Assembly (NCBI GenBank): GCA_012295275.1
Contig: CM022666.1
Span: 992,001-1,056,000 of the forward strand
Length of the DNA: 64,000 nt
Direction: 5' to 3'
Source: Chrysomallon squamiferum
Taxonomy: Eukaryota; Animalia; Mollusca
Shown here: positions 1 to 15,458 of the stretch, in pieces
Layout: each line of letters starts with the position of its first letter
Position numbering within the stretch: position 1 is the stretch's first letter
Program-made: the position numbers and the translations under genes
The notes under the pieces: model-generated
Seen by the model: the letters and a program-made list of their open reading frames with translations, nothing else
Database searches by the model: none
Told to the model about the DNA's origin: nothing

Positions 1-619
1 TGACGTGTCATTCTTTTTCTATCCATCTACTGATCAACATCTGTGTTGGTATTTATGTTTCTCCACTGTCCTTTCCTGTCTTGTTTTTTCCATATAGCAG
101 TACATATTTTCTTCAGTCATAAAAAAAGTATTCATTTATCTACATACACTCATCCTAAAAATAAATTCATAAACATACATTGACAACACTGATGTCAGTT
201 TAAGATCTGTGAATGAACCTAATTAAAAGATTCAAACACATAAATCTTTATGAAGACTCTCACTTTTTTCATACATTCATCCTTTTTTATTCTTCCTGTC
301 TTTTTTGTGTCTGTTCTGTATCATATTTTCATTTTGCATATCTTAGTTTTTCTGGATTTTTTTCTCTGAATACTCATAAAAAATTAACATTAAGGTTAAA
401 AACTGTACTCATTTCACTGAACTGAATATGATTCATACTAAAATAGATATATGAACTTTGACAACATCATTGACACTTTGATTAAGATCTCAGAATAAAA
501 CCCATTACAAGACTTGTACACTGGAATATACATGAATCTTTCAGATTTGTTTTTCTCTCATTCTTTTTCTACTTCTGTCTTCTCCTCTGTCCATTTATGT
601 ATGTGGCTCTCTTTCTGTA

Positions 620-990
620 TATCTGACTTTCTGTCTATTTCTCTGTACCTCACTTTCTCTCTTTCTCTGACTTTCTCTATATCTCACTTTTTCTTTTTCA
701 GCACTTTCTCTTTCTCTGTATCTCATTCTCTCTGTATCTCACTTTCTCTCTTTCTCTGTATCTCACTTTCTCAGACTTTCTCTGTATCTTACTTTTCTTT
801 CTCTGTATCTCTGTATCTCTCTTTCTCTGTATCTCATTTTCTCTGTATCTCACTTTTCAGTCTTTCTCTTTATCTCACTTTCTCTCTTTCTCTGTATCTC
901 ACTTTAGTCTTTCTCTGTATCTCACTTTCTCTTTCTCTGTATCTCACTTTCTCTGACTTTCACCTTGTCACTCTTTCTCTGTCCTCCCAT
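620..990. repeat. Degenerate CT-rich tandem repeat (ctctgtatctcacttt-like units)
   Basis: Repeated ctctgtatctcacttt/ctctttctctg words. Explains the spurious ORF 514-1092. Confidence 0.85.
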
Positions 991-1587
991 CTACAAATCT
1001 GTGTTCATTGCTTCTTTTCTCTTTTACACCGAAACACATTTCACATCAATCACAAAAATCATATTTCTCAGAACTGCGTACACTTGCACTAAAACAAAAT
1101 CACACATATATATATATATATACACAGAGTGGTGACAGTTTGATTAAGATTTCTGAATAAAACCCATTACGAGATTTGTACATGTAAATACACACGAACC
1201 TTTCTGGAGCTTCAGTAGATAGATCATTCATATTTGTAATCAAATATCGATTGAGTGATTTCGTGTCTGCGAAATGCACCAACACTAATATAAATTTGCG
1301 AAGAAGACGCTGCCGTGTTTGTCTGTTTGTTGTTAACTCTTTGACAGCTAGCGTCTGTCTCTGTGATGTGAAAACAACTTTATATTGGAAAGTGGACAGG
1401 AAGATATCGTTCTGCTGTCATCAAGGGTCAGTGTTGTTGCTTTGTTATTAACTCCAGAGAAAGTCCGGGGCTTGATGTAAAATCTTTTTGTCATCTCAGG
1501 ATTTCCACGTATATGAATAATACTTTATTAGAATGGAGCAAGAAATAATGATAATAACAAAATTTAAATAAATAAATAAATAAATAA

Positions 1588-1661
<74 letters not shown>

Positions 1662-3291
1662 AATACTACTACTACTACTACTACTACTACTAATAATAAT
1701 AATAATAATGAACATTATTAATTTAAATCATAAACAGCAACATCAAAATTATGTGTATGAGATTCAGAATTTGCTAAAGTATTTTTCTGTTTCAGAAAGA
1801 ATGTTACAAACAGAAAATATTTTATATTTCACATCTGGATCACTACTAGTAAAAATAAAATGTTGATTAATCTGTTATTTAAATTACCTTGTATACAAAT
1901 TAAAAATATATTTTTTCAAGGCAGACTTTTAAAAAAAAAATACTGAGTGCATTATTAAAATTTTATATTCCATGATACCTAAACACTAAAAACATTTTTT
2001 TAATTGTCTAGATTCATATTCGTTTTATAAAATTTGGTTATAGCTTTCAGTATAGCCTTGGCTGTTGGATCCACTTGTATTTGAAGGGTTCCATGTAAAG
2101 ATATAGATCAGGATTCTTTGTATAGATCTGGTTTCTGATTTTGAAACTGTCAGAAGTCATCACATCTGATCAACTTGTTTTGAAAGTTGTCACATCTTTG
2201 TTCTGCGACTGCAAACACTGCAGATTGCATCCAGTGATGTCCAGTTTAAAAACAAATGTCATTTTGTTAATAGGTTGTCCACACAGAAGCAGCTGGCATC
2301 TTTGTTTGTACATTAGTCCATTAATTTCCACTGTCACATCAATTATTGAACTTCAGATCAGTGCTTGACATACAGGTTGTGTAGATCTTCAACAAAACCA
2401 AGTGAAAATCTCTTCAACAATTCCTCAGTGACTCTGTGTTAGTGCTTGTTAAGTGTTTGACTTGTGTTGTGTTGTTTTTAACTTTGTTTTGTTTTGTGGT
2501 TGATTTTTGTTTTAATGATGGCAGTTTTTGAAAAGACATCAGTTAATGGTATATTTTTGTCAGAAAAACAGCAAAGAATCTTTTATACTCACATGAAACA
2601 AAGGTGAAAAAAAAAAAAAAAAAATCTACTAGATTCCAAGTGTCCTCATTATCTTCTTGTTTTGTTTTTATACTTTATTATTATTATTATTATTAATGTT
2701 TCAGTTTCTTTTAGACAAAACAAATAAAACAGTGTTTTGAAAGTTTAGAGAATATATTTTTAGACTATTTCTTCATAACCATCTGAGAGATTTTGTTTCT
2801 GAAAATGTCAAAACGTCTTTCTCTATTGATATTTTCTTTGCATCATTACTCAACATTTTTCTTTAATTATTTGAATTTGATTAATACAGTGATTAATATT
2901 TCACATTATTTTATAAATATTTATTTTGACAGAATCTTTGTAGATTCTCATTTAAATGTAGCACGATTTAATTTCATCTGAATTGGTTTTGTATTAATTA
3001 CCTATAAATATGTACAGCTCTTTAAACTGTATTTCAGTTAAACTTTTATGTTGATATTGATTAACAGAATGTTTACTTATTCACATGTGTAATTTTATTA
3101 CAAACCTGATATCTTATCTTTTTAGATTTTATTTTTAAAATTTTCTATAGTCATTCATTCATTCATTTATAATTCATATAATCTGTAAACATAAATATGT
3201 TTATAATATTTAATATTATTATTATATAATTATTATTAATATTATTATTATTTTTGTTATTATTAATATTATTATTATTACTATTATTATT

Positions 3292-3334
<43 letters not shown>

Positions 3335-4282
3335 TTATTATTATTATTTAGTATGCTTTTAAATTTTACTTATTTTGTTGGATTTTTTTCATTTGATTAT
3401 CTTTTTATGTTTTAATAGTTTTTAAATTAATATTTTTTTTTATTTTAATATTTTATTCCAGATTATTGGATAATTTTTCCTATATAATTCCTACACAATT
3501 CATTGGTTAGCTTTAAATTATCTCACATTTTAAAAACATTGGCAATTAGATTAACTGATACTTCAGTTTCAGCAGAATCAAACCTTTCTTTTGCTTCTTC
3601 TTTTTTATAAATTTTTAATTTGACTGATTTTTTTTTTTTTTTCATTTTCTTTATTTCTGTGTACAAAGAATGACTGCACCGAATAATACCAAAAAAACCC
3701 AACCTTTTATTTGTTTAAAGTCAAGGATTACAGAATACTGTTTGATTAAAATTCTTTTATATTGATTGCTATTGATTAATATTGTTGCAGACACTTGAGA
3801 AATTACATATAATCATGTATTTTTGTATATTTGTGTGTGTGTGTGATAGTATTTATATATAGGTACATATTTATGTATATGTATGTACAGATATATGCAT
3901 GTGTGTATGCACATATATATGTATATTTGTACGTATGTATTTATTTCAACTGTTATAAATAAAAGAAGGCTTAAAACTGAAGTAGAAAAATTTTTTAAAC
4001 TAAAATAGAGAGATAGCAGTAATGATTAGAAATATTTCATCTTTAAATCTCTTTTTGTCCTTGGTCATGCTTAAATATTTTTTTATCAAGATATTGAATA
4101 TATAATTATATATATATGTGTGTGTGTGTGTATATGTATATGTATATGTGTGTGTGTGTGTGTGTTTGAATATATTTGATAATAATATTTGATAATAAAT
4201 GAATAAATAAGTAAGAACTAATGTTCAGGGTATGGCTAAAGTAACACCCTTATTTATTGAAGAAATTGATAGAGAGAGAGAG

Positions 4283-4375
4283 ACACACACACAGTGTAAT
4301 GTTATTTTAGTCAACACACTCACACACACACACACACACACAGTGTAATGTTATTTTAGTCAACACTCACACACT
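4283..4375. repeat. Two-copy duplication acacagtgtaatgttattttagtcaacacactcacac
   Basis: Direct repeat joined by a CA tract. Confidence 0.85.
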
Positions 4376-4621
4376 GTCTGTGTGACAGATATTCATCAGA
4401 AGGTTATTTTACTTCTACGTCAGTGGTACTTGAGCCCTGCTGCTCCTGGCTGCTATTTCACATTGCTGCTGGCATTCCAGCTTACAGAGTTTGTAACTTA
4501 GTTTGACTAGCTTGATGGAGAAACTGGTCAGATTGTTAATTTTTGTTTTCACAGAACTGATTGGGAAGGAAACTGTGTGTTTGTTTTGTGGACATCACTC
4601 CAACGCAGGACTGAAAAGAAT

Positions 4622-4654
<33 letters not shown>

Positions 4655-4921
4655 CCTCTTCCCATTTTGCAATAGAATTGAAAAGCTGACTTGGAACTCT
4701 CCATGTCTTCTGAAAGATTTTTCTGTCAAATTTTAAATTCTGTATTAGAAATCATGGAAGAAAAGATATTGTATAGTCATCTGTTTAAACTGGAATTCTG
4801 TTTATTTATATATATATATATATATATAAAAAAAGCCCATAAAATCTCCCTTCCTGAATTCAAGACTATAATAAGAAACACTGGAATTTCCACTGGAGTT
4901 TCTGCAATACCCAATGATTAA

Positions 4922-4934
4922 ATGAAACATCATG
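4922..4934 (+). CDS. CASK: Coding part of a weak candidate alternative first exon: MKHH(D)
   Basis: Reads TAA ATG AAA CAT CAT G|GTATGT. The phase-1 donor restores GAC (Asp) with exon 12913, and non-repetitive sequence lies upstream (about 4380-4920). The coding part is only 13 nt, so evidence is weak. Confidence 0.3.
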
Positions 4935-6260
4935 GTATGTACATTTCTTAGGTTATGAGAAGGTATATAAAATATATCACTTTCTGCTAAATGAAAAAGA
5001 GTAGCCAATCACATGGCAGCATCATGTTTTTTTTTTTTAATATACCTACAGTCTTTGTCTCTATATTTCTCTGGTTTTTGTCTCTCTTTCTCTCTCTCTG
5101 TCTGTTTCCATCCTTCTCCTTTTCTCTCAGTTTGTTTCTTTATCTGTCTCTTGCTCTTTCTCTCTTGCACATATATTAGATAGGTAGACATACACACACA
5201 TAACATGGTTTCATACACTAAATGTTTTCTGTTAAAGAAAATTTTAAAGATGCCTTTCATTGTAACAACTACCTATGATTCCTGTAAATTCAGTTCTCTT
5301 TTTCCGAATTGTTATATAAAATTAATTTAGTTAAATAATAGCTAAAGTCATTTTATTATGTATCAATACATTATATGTGATGTTTAATTTATCACATATC
5401 TAGGACATTATTGACAATCCTGTACATCTAATCACTGACTTTTTAGATTTACTTGAGCAGTTAATTTGCTTATCCAACCATAAAAATGGTCACTGAAGCA
5501 TCAAAGATTGACAGGAACAGAATATAATTTGTCAAAGCCAGCTAATATATTTTTTTATTGATATCCTGACAATGGATCAAAATGAAAAAAATGATTTTCA
5601 ATACCTCAAGTTTATTGTTCAAATTTAAATAAGAATAAATAAATTAGTCTGCTTTTTTGTTGTTTTATTAATAGTACTACTACTATTGCTGCTGCTACTA
5701 CTACTACTACTACTACTATTTCTGTTATTATTTATTAATTTATTTATAAGTATTATTTATCATTATCATTATTATTATTATTACTGTTGTTACCCAGACA
5801 GAAATTCACATACCTAGACACCCATGTTATACTGAAACACAAAGTCATATGCACATACCTACCCATACAAACATAAATATAGCAAACAAAACATAAAAAC
5901 ACTCATATACCTAAACATACCATAATTTACATATACCTAAAAACACACATACACATATACCCAAACATGCACAAACATACCCAAATAAACTGAAACAACA
6001 CACACCTATCTAAAACATACACCTAACACACACACTGAGACGTGAAATCTCTACATCAAAACCCGCATAGATGATACATGCTTAATCCAATACCTGGATT
6101 AAAGTATTTAGATTATCACTGTGTTATGACAGAACATTACAAAAGAGTTTCGACCTGCTCATGATGGATTCTGTTACGAGACCCTTGTGACCACGTGATT
6201 AATGTTCCACTTGAGAGTTGCCAGTATTTCCAATATTTTCTAGTGCCTTCCAATTACATG

Positions 6261-6302
<42 letters not shown>

Positions 6303-6946
6303 TGTATCAGAAGGTTTTGCACTAGTTGATGTATTGCAAGGTCTTCGCCTAGAAACATCATAATTTATACATTACTCAGGCTGTAAGCTTTAGTGCTGCT
6401 ATGGGACAGAAATATGATTTATCTTTTGATAAAGAAAACAAAAAACTTCTCCGGAATTTGTAAAAAAAACAAGAATTAATGCATGATTAATTTATTTTTT
6501 CTCTTTTGTTTGGGTGAAATTAGTTTGAAAATGATAAAATGATGATGAAATAATCTCCTTTATGTTTAGCGATGGAGAGAAAAAAATGGATGTCATTACT
6601 GGTAATAAAGAATAACATTAAATGATGAGCATTTTTTTTTTTTTTTTTTTTTTGGATAACAAATAAATGAAAATTGAAGGTAGGAGATGGAATTAATATC
6701 TAGTCATTCATACATAATCTGTTACTTCTTGTAAACGTATAAAAATAAAAATAAAATAAAATGAAATAAAATTAAGTAGCTTTTTAAGACTTGTTATTTC
6801 TCTGTGTGTTAAATCACTATGATGTAACAGTGGGTGGGGTGTAGTTGAATGGTTGATGTCAGTAAATCATAAAGTCAACCTTCTGTGTGACTTCTTTTTT
6901 TTGCTGTTACAACCACTAATTATCTAAAATTCTATAATGTTTAGAA

Positions 6947-7216
<270 letters not shown>

Positions 7217-8127
7217 TCTTTGCTATCTGTTTCTTCCACAGTCTCACATTGTGTATATATTTGGTTTTCCTCATGTTGTTCATCAACTAAGCCAAATTTG
7301 TATCTTCATTACAAAATACTTATATGACAGACTAATAATAGCTATGTAGAATATTCTTACGTGTTCTATATACACTTTGCAACACAGACAAAATTTTACA
7401 TGACACCAAATCAGTCCTTAGGCAGATATCTATCAACTCAAAGTTAGTGTTATGTAATAACTGTACATTCATGTATATATCTAAGATCATATATCCTTGA
7501 AAACTAACTAATGACTGTGGCATGTGCAACTTAGCATAGTAAGCATAGTGTGACATTATTATAGTTATTTGTTATAAAAGTAATTTGAAAAACATATCTT
7601 TATATTCTTTCTCTCATTATCTCTGTCTCTGTTTTTCTTTTTGTCTATCATTTTTTCATTCTGTCTCTCATTTTCTTTCTCTCTTGTTTTTTTCTCTTCT
7701 TTTTTGTTTGTCTGTCTGCTAATCTCTCTCTGCCTTTGGCTCAGTTTCTTGAAATATTTCCTTTCTTTTCTGTATTTGGTCTCTCTTTCTAATTCTTTTT
7801 TTTTATATTTTTTATCTCTCTTACAGATTTTAATTAGTTATACTTTATTGTACAGTGCTTGTATCTTTTTATTTTTATTATTGTTATTGTTATTATTTTT
7901 TCTATTATTATTATTATTTTAATTTTTTTTAATTTTTAAAATTATTTTTATTATTTTTTTTTATTATTAATATATTTTTTAATTTATTATTATTATTATT
8001 TTATAATTTATTTTTGTTTTTATTATTATTCTTTTTATTCTTTTTATTATTTTTTATTTTATTATTTTTTTTTTTTTTATTTTTTTTTATTTTTATTATT
8101 TTTTTTTTTTTTTTTTTTTAAATTTTT

Positions 8128-8173
<46 letters not shown>

Positions 8174-8710
8174 GTTTTATTTTTTTTTTTTTTTTTGTGG
8201 GGGGGCAGTCTATATGATATTCTGTTTTGCCAAGCTTAGATAATTGAATAACATTAGAATATTGTTTTTCAAGCAGATACATCTTTGAGTCAGTAAAGCT
8301 ACAACATGGCACTGTACATACACTGACTGATCAGACTGTGGAAGTTTTAAATTACTTCACTGTAAATCACAACTTACTTTGTTACATTATCACCTAGCAT
8401 CTAGACATGTCAGAACTGCAAATACATGGAGTTTATGACAATAATTATAAACCATTCATTTTTAAAAAATATATTTCTTTTTAACTTTATTTTTAAACAT
8501 TTTTTTCTGTTCTGTTCCCTGAATTTTAAAATTTTGTTAAAGGCATTTTTTAAATTATTATTATATAGACACACACATACACACAGACACAGATGCTCAT
8601 ACACAAACACAGATAAAGGCACATGCATATATATGCATATCAGTCTCTATTTATTGTAATGTGAACTGAATAAATTAAATAAAAACTTCAATATAATTAT
8701 AAAAATACAA

Positions 8711-8743
<33 letters not shown>

Positions 8744-11700
8744 CTACCTTCATCAAAGCATTTCCAAATCAAATTTATTTATTTATTTATTTTATTCTGT
8801 TCTTTTTATAAGGTTGTTTTATAATGGGTGAAATATATATATAAAAAAATAAGCATAACAAGTAGTTTCAAACTTGACAAACCTTTTGAAAATACAAAAA
8901 TGCTCTCATTTAAAATCTAAAACTGACAGGCCTTTTCCATTTTAAATCCTTTTAAAAACAAAATTTAAATAAATGAATATTTAAATGAACCTTAATGCTA
9001 AGCTGTTTGCTGTTACAATCATTGAAATCTCATTCCTCTCCATCATACTGCAGTAACTTTTGTCTCTGCTCTGTGCTTGGAATAAAGCAAACAGATTTAT
9101 TTCCCTTTATCAGCTTAACTTGATGGCAGACATTTTGTTTGATAGGTTCAGTGATTAAGCAAAGCATTTAGATTGGAGTGTTCTTGGCAGCTTTAAACTG
9201 CTGGTCTGATGTATGATGGGTTATGGGATCAATTCTCCTCAGTAGCTGCTTCACTTTTCTGTAGTAGCATTGACTAAAAGACTGCAGTATATGATTTTAT
9301 ACCAAAGGGAAGGTGCATATATGAAATATATTTTGCTGCTAACTGATAAGAGTTATTGTTACCTTTTGTTTCTTCTATTTTATCAACAATATTTTACACA
9401 CACACACATTTTCAAAAACAAAATTTTTATTTATTTATTTATTTTATTTTATTTTATTTATTATTATTTTTTATTTATTTTTTATTATTATTTTTTTTTA
9501 AATTTATTTTTAATTTAATTTAATTTTATTTTATGTTATTTTATTTTTATACATGCTGCAATCATTGTACATGGTGGCTAGATAAATTTCAGGCACTCAC
9601 CAAAAATATTGTTTCTTTTTGATAGAACTGTATTTGATAAATTATTTGTCATTTATATACAATATTTATATACTATTCACAGTTACTTCTTTAGTTTTAA
9701 TTTGCTGTTTTAGAACTTATGGTATTCTCTGTGTCAAGTTAAAGTTATATTTAGGTGAATCTAGTATATCTTTCATCAGATGAATTAATTACATTTTGTA
9801 TATGTCAGAGGAAATATTAAATTTATTTGCAAATTATGGAGCATGACGACAAAATAAAAAGTTTATGAGAATACATGAGGTTAATGTTTGTTGTAACACA
9901 AAGACTGAGTAAAAAAAAAAAAAAAAAAAAAAAAAAATGAAAGGTTTGGTTTACATGAAGGGATACTCAGTCTTTCAGGAATTTTGTAATGTTTCTGTGT
10001 AAGAGAATGATGTGTCTGTGAAGTGGAAGATACTAGCTTACAAATTTGTTATTTTATTTATTATATTTTGTTATTAGCAAAAAAGAATCCCATTTGCTTT
10101 TAAAATCCATTTTAATCCTTATTTTTTATTAGTATTTAGTTTTATATTTAATATTTAAAATAAGTTTTACTAGCTGATATTCTGATTATATTAAATAAAA
10201 ATATTTCATATGTTTAAGAATGAAATTGCAGTTTAATTGTTGAATTTTAAAAAATATTTAATTTCTCTTTTTTTTCTTTTTTTTTCCCGGATGATTATAA
10301 TTAACTGAAAGAATTTGATTACTGAAAATCTGAAACTCTTATTTTGAATATAAAATTTTAAAATTTTTTTAAAAATTAAAAGAAAATTAAAACCACCCAG
10401 AAAAACAATAGGTATAGAAAAAGTTTTAACAGACTGAGTAAACCCCATAAATAATTTTGTTATTCACTGTTTACATTATATATTAAAACTACTTTTAATC
10501 ATTTTGTTCATTTTCTTTTTTCTCCTGTGTTAAAAAAGATGAATTCTTTAAATCTTTGAGTTATATTTCACTTTTTATCACAATAATTATCATTATTTTT
10601 TGATTTTATAAATTCTTAACACAAATTTCAGTTCATAAAAGTAAAAATGTAAACAACATAATTATTTAAATTGCAACCATTTCCAACAAATGCCATATGA
10701 TTTCAAAAGTTGTATTCATAAATGTTTAGTAAATACATGTATAAACCTTTTTTTTTTAAATTTCCCCTATCTGTATTATTCACGTTAAAAATGATAAAAT
10801 AAATCTGTTTGAAATAAACAAATTTAATATTTCTAATTTATTATTTGTTTTGTCATCTGGGGCATTAACAATATTTATTTTCAGAAATAAAGTACAACAT
10901 TTGCAGACCAACCAGCAAACAAATGACTTTTTCAATGCCAGCTTTAATAGTTCTGTCAGTTTTTCCTGCATAATTTTCTCATTTAAATACAGACAGTAAA
11001 GAACATGCAAATGAAAAGTTTGAATCATAACAATTGCTTATTATTTTTTTCTTTTCACTAGTTAATAATATTTGTATTATTACCACTCATTCCTTGAATT
11101 ATTTGGAACAACAGTACATTGTGATTATATTGGGTTTTTGATTTTTCCCTATTATTATTATTATTATTATTATTGTTACTATTGCTATTATTTTTTCTAT
11201 TTAAAAGAAAGAAAATTAAGATTGTCCTTGCAATAAAAATGACAAAGAGTTCAATGTCGACAATGAAAGTAATATTGGAAAAAAAAAGAATTCTTTTTTT
11301 TTTCTCTTTATTTTCTTTTCTAAAACAGATTTGTTACAGTAGCGAAAATAACAAAAATGCTGGCAGTTGACAACAAAAGTTACTTATTGATTATTTTGTT
11401 TTCTAGATAAATGTATGTAGGAAATTCACCTGTCTTCATTGTCTTGTGATTGGATAGTTGTGTAGGTAACTGTTCAGAAGTCATTATCACTGGCATTTTA
11501 CAAGATCTTTCCTTTCAACCCTGAATTTTTGTTTTTTCCATTATATTATTCACAAGTCAATGCATTCAGGCATGAAATGTTTTGTTTATTTTTTTTCATG
11601 AGTGATTTTGAGTACAAGTTATGAATTTGTTCCATTGATGTGTGAAATGTTTTCAATTCTTAAATTGATTTAAACGTTTTCAGTTACAAGATACAAACTC

Positions 11701-12869
11701 TTTGGATTGAAGCATGAAATTTTTGCTTCAGAATTATTCACAAGTTATTATTAATGGTTATGTTTTGTTGTTTTGAGTACTGGTTTAAAGTATTTATTTT
11801 AATGTATGTGAGTTTTTTTTTTAAACAAATAATTTCTAAACATGAAATGTAATAAAAAAACAGAAAGAAATAAGAATGAAAAAAACATTTGATAAAATAA
11901 TCAGAATAATGCATTGAGAAATGAAATTGCTTTTTTTTGTTGTTGTTGTTTTATTTCTTTTTAATTTATATATTTTAAAACAAAATACTTTATAAATATT
12001 TTTATGCAGAATTACAGTTATTGATCTGATATTTATTAATTTTTCTTTAATTAATTAATTTATTTATATTTTTATTTATTTTTAATATTAATTTGGTATT
12101 AATTAAAATTATGAATATTAATGGCAAAAAACAAAAATTATAACAAAATGGTTCTTAACAAAGTAAAATAATATACACAAATGAATGAAATATTTGAATA
12201 AAAACTGCTTTTATTTCAAAGCTTATAATAATGATTTGGTTTTGTCAATGAAATACAACTAATCTAGCTGACAAAATCTATTTTGATAATGGGTTTGTAT
12301 AAAACATCCTGAATAATTCATGAATCAAAAATTATATATTATTGAAACAAAAAGCTGTTTGTTGATTTGTTATCAACAATATATTTTGTTTACGATAGCT
12401 CTTTTTTATTTTATTTTTTTTCACTTCAAATAAGTAAAAAATATGAATTCTTGATTGATGAGGAAATTACTGATAGCTAGCTTTATGTACCTTTGTTCCA
12501 CTGTGTTAAAAATAAAAATCACAACATAAGTAATAATTTGTCTTTTCCTTTTTCTTGAAAGCATAATATACCAGCATCAAAAATTGAATTGTTTAGACCA
12601 TGAATTTAATTTTTTTTTTTCTTCTTTTCTGGTTTTTATATTTTTTTAAAACCTGAGTAGTTACTGATTTTGGGTAGGAAAAAAAAAGAAGGTTTTTATT
12701 TCTTAATTATCAGATGACAAAATTATATTAAAAATTTACATAATATAACAAATACTTTTTAGAAAGAAGTTATGACATAAATTGTGTGTGGTTTTTTTTT
12801 TCCATTTTTTTTTTTCTGTCCCTTCTCAATTCACATACATCAATACATTATATTAAAAACAAAGTGTAG

Positions 12870-13018
<149 letters not shown>

Positions 13019-13019
13019 G

Positions 13020-15205
13020 TAAGTCCTTTCAAATTATCTTACCCTGCTACACAAGTCTAACACATTTTTAAATTATCTTACCCTGCTACACAAGTCTTTG
13101 ACAGTTTTAAATTATCTTACCCTGCTACACCAGACTTTGACATTTTTAAATTATCTTACCCTGCTACACGAGTCTAACACATTTTTAAATTATCTTACCC
13201 TGCTACACAAGTCTAACACATTTTTAAATGATCTTACCCTGCTATGTGACTCTTTGACATTTTTAAATTATCTTACCCTGCTACACGAGTCTAACACATT
13301 TTTAAATGATCTTACCCTGCTATGCGAGTCTTTGACATTATTAAATTATCTTACCCTGCTATGTGACTCTTTGACATTTTTAAATTATCTTACCCTGCTA
13401 CACAAGTCTTTGACATTTTTAAATTATCTTACCCTGCTACACAAATCTTTGACATTTTTAAATTATCTTACCCTGCTACACAAATCTTTGACATTTTTAA
13501 ATTATCTTACCCTGCTACACAAATCTTTGACATTTTTAAATTATCTTACCCTGCTACACAAATCTTTGACATTTTAAAATTATCTTACCCTGCTACACAA
13601 GTCTAACACATTTTTAAATTATCTTACCCTGCTACACAAGTCTAACACATTTTTAAATTATCTTACCCTGCTACACAAGTCTAACACATTTTTAAATTAT
13701 CTTACCCTGCTACACAAGTCTTTGACATTTTTAAATTATCTTACCCTGCTACACAAATCTTTGACATTTTTAAATTATCTTACCCTGCTACACAAATCTT
13801 TGACATTTTTAAATTATCTTACCCTGCTACACAAATCTTTGACATTTTAAAATTATCTTACCCTGCTACACAAGTCTAACACATTTTTAAATTATCTTAC
13901 CCTGCTACACAAGTCTAACACATTTTTAAATTATCTTACCCTGCTACACAAGTCTAACACCTTTTTTAAATTATCTTACCCTGCTACACAAGTCTAACAC
14001 ATTTTTAAATTATCTTACCCTGCTACACAAGTCTAAGTCCTTTCAAATTATCTTACCCTGCTACATGAGTCTAACACATTTTTAAATTATCTTACCCTGC
14101 TACACAAGTCTTTGACATTTTTAAATTATCTTACCCTGCTACACAAGTCTTTGACATTTTTAAATTATCTTACCCTGCTACACAAGTCTAACACATTTTT
14201 AAATTATCTTACCCTGCTACACAAGTCTAACACATTTTTAAATTATCTTACCCTGCTACACAAGTCTAACACATTTTTAAATTATCTTACCCTGCTACAC
14301 AAGTCTAACACATTTTTAAATTATCTTACCCTGCTACACAAGTCTAACACATTTTAAAATTATCTTACCCTGCTACACAAGTCTAAGTCCTTTCAAATTA
14401 TCTTACCCTGCTACATGAGTCTAACACATTTTCAAATTATCTTACCCTGCTACACAAGTCTAAGTCCTTTCAAATTATCTTACCCTGCTACACAAGTCTA
14501 ACACATTTTTAAATTATCTTACCCTGCTACACAAGTCTAAGTCCTTTCAAATTATCTTACCCTGCTACATGAGTCTAACACATTTTCAAATTATCTTACC
14601 CTGCTACACAAGTCTAAGTCCTTTCAAATTATCTTACCCTGCTACATGAGTCTAACACATTTTCAAATTATCTTACCCTGCTACACAAGTCTAAGTCCTT
14701 TCAAAATTATCTTACCCTGCTACATGAGTCTAACACATTTTCAAATTATCTTACCCTGCTACACAAGTCTAAGTCCTTTCAAATTATCTTACCCTGCTAC
14801 ATGAGTCTAACACATTTTCAAATTATCTTACCCTGCTACACAAGTCTAAGTCCTTTCAAATTATCTTACCCTGCTACATGAGTCTAACACATTTTCAAAT
14901 TATCTTACCCTGCTACACAAGTCTAAGTCCTTTCAAATTATCTTACCCTGCTACATGAGTCTAACACATTTTCAAATTATCTTACCCTGCTACATGAGTC
15001 TAACACATTTTCAAATTATCTTACCCTGCTACATGAGTCTAAGTCCTTTCAAATTATCTTACCCTGCTACACAAGTCTTTGACAGTTTTAAATTATCTTA
15101 CCCTGCTACACAAGTCTTTGACAGTTTTAAATTATCTTACCCTGTTTCACAAGTCTTTGACAGTTTTAAATTATTTTACCCTGTTTCACAAGTCTTTGAC
15201 AGTTT
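13020..15205. repeat. 38/39-bp minisatellite, about 56 copies (aaattatcttaccctgctacacaagtctaacacattttt)
   Basis: Highly homogeneous tandem array starting inside the splice donor of exon 12913-13018, with alternating 38+39-bp variants at about 14380-15050. Confidence 0.97.
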
Positions 15206-15420
15206 GGAATTATTTTTCTAATATTTTATAATGACTGATAGATTGTGTGATACTTGCTGCTTCTTATTATTTTCCATCTGTCTTTCTTTCTGTCTAGATT
15301 TTTGTACTCTTTTGTATGACTGATGTAGAACTTTTGAAAAATGGTGAAAATAAAAAAGGGTTTTACTGTCAACATCATTGTGATTTGACAAAAAAGTAAA
15401 AATGTCATCATTGTCTCTGT

Positions 15421-15458
<38 letters not shown>

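Noticed and set aside
9291-9318. ATG ATT TTA TAC CAA AGG GAA G|GTGCAT as another phase-1 first exon
   Set aside because: The donor is weak and there is no other support.
13098-14357. ORFs with FLNYLTLLHKSLT repeats
   Set aside because: Translation of the 39-bp minisatellite, broken by 38- and 40-bp units, with no coding context.
13020-15205. CRISPR-like regular repeat array (also 32332, 46648, 58624)
   Set aside because: Units are contiguous with no unique spacers, the context is a eukaryotic intron, and there are no cas genes.
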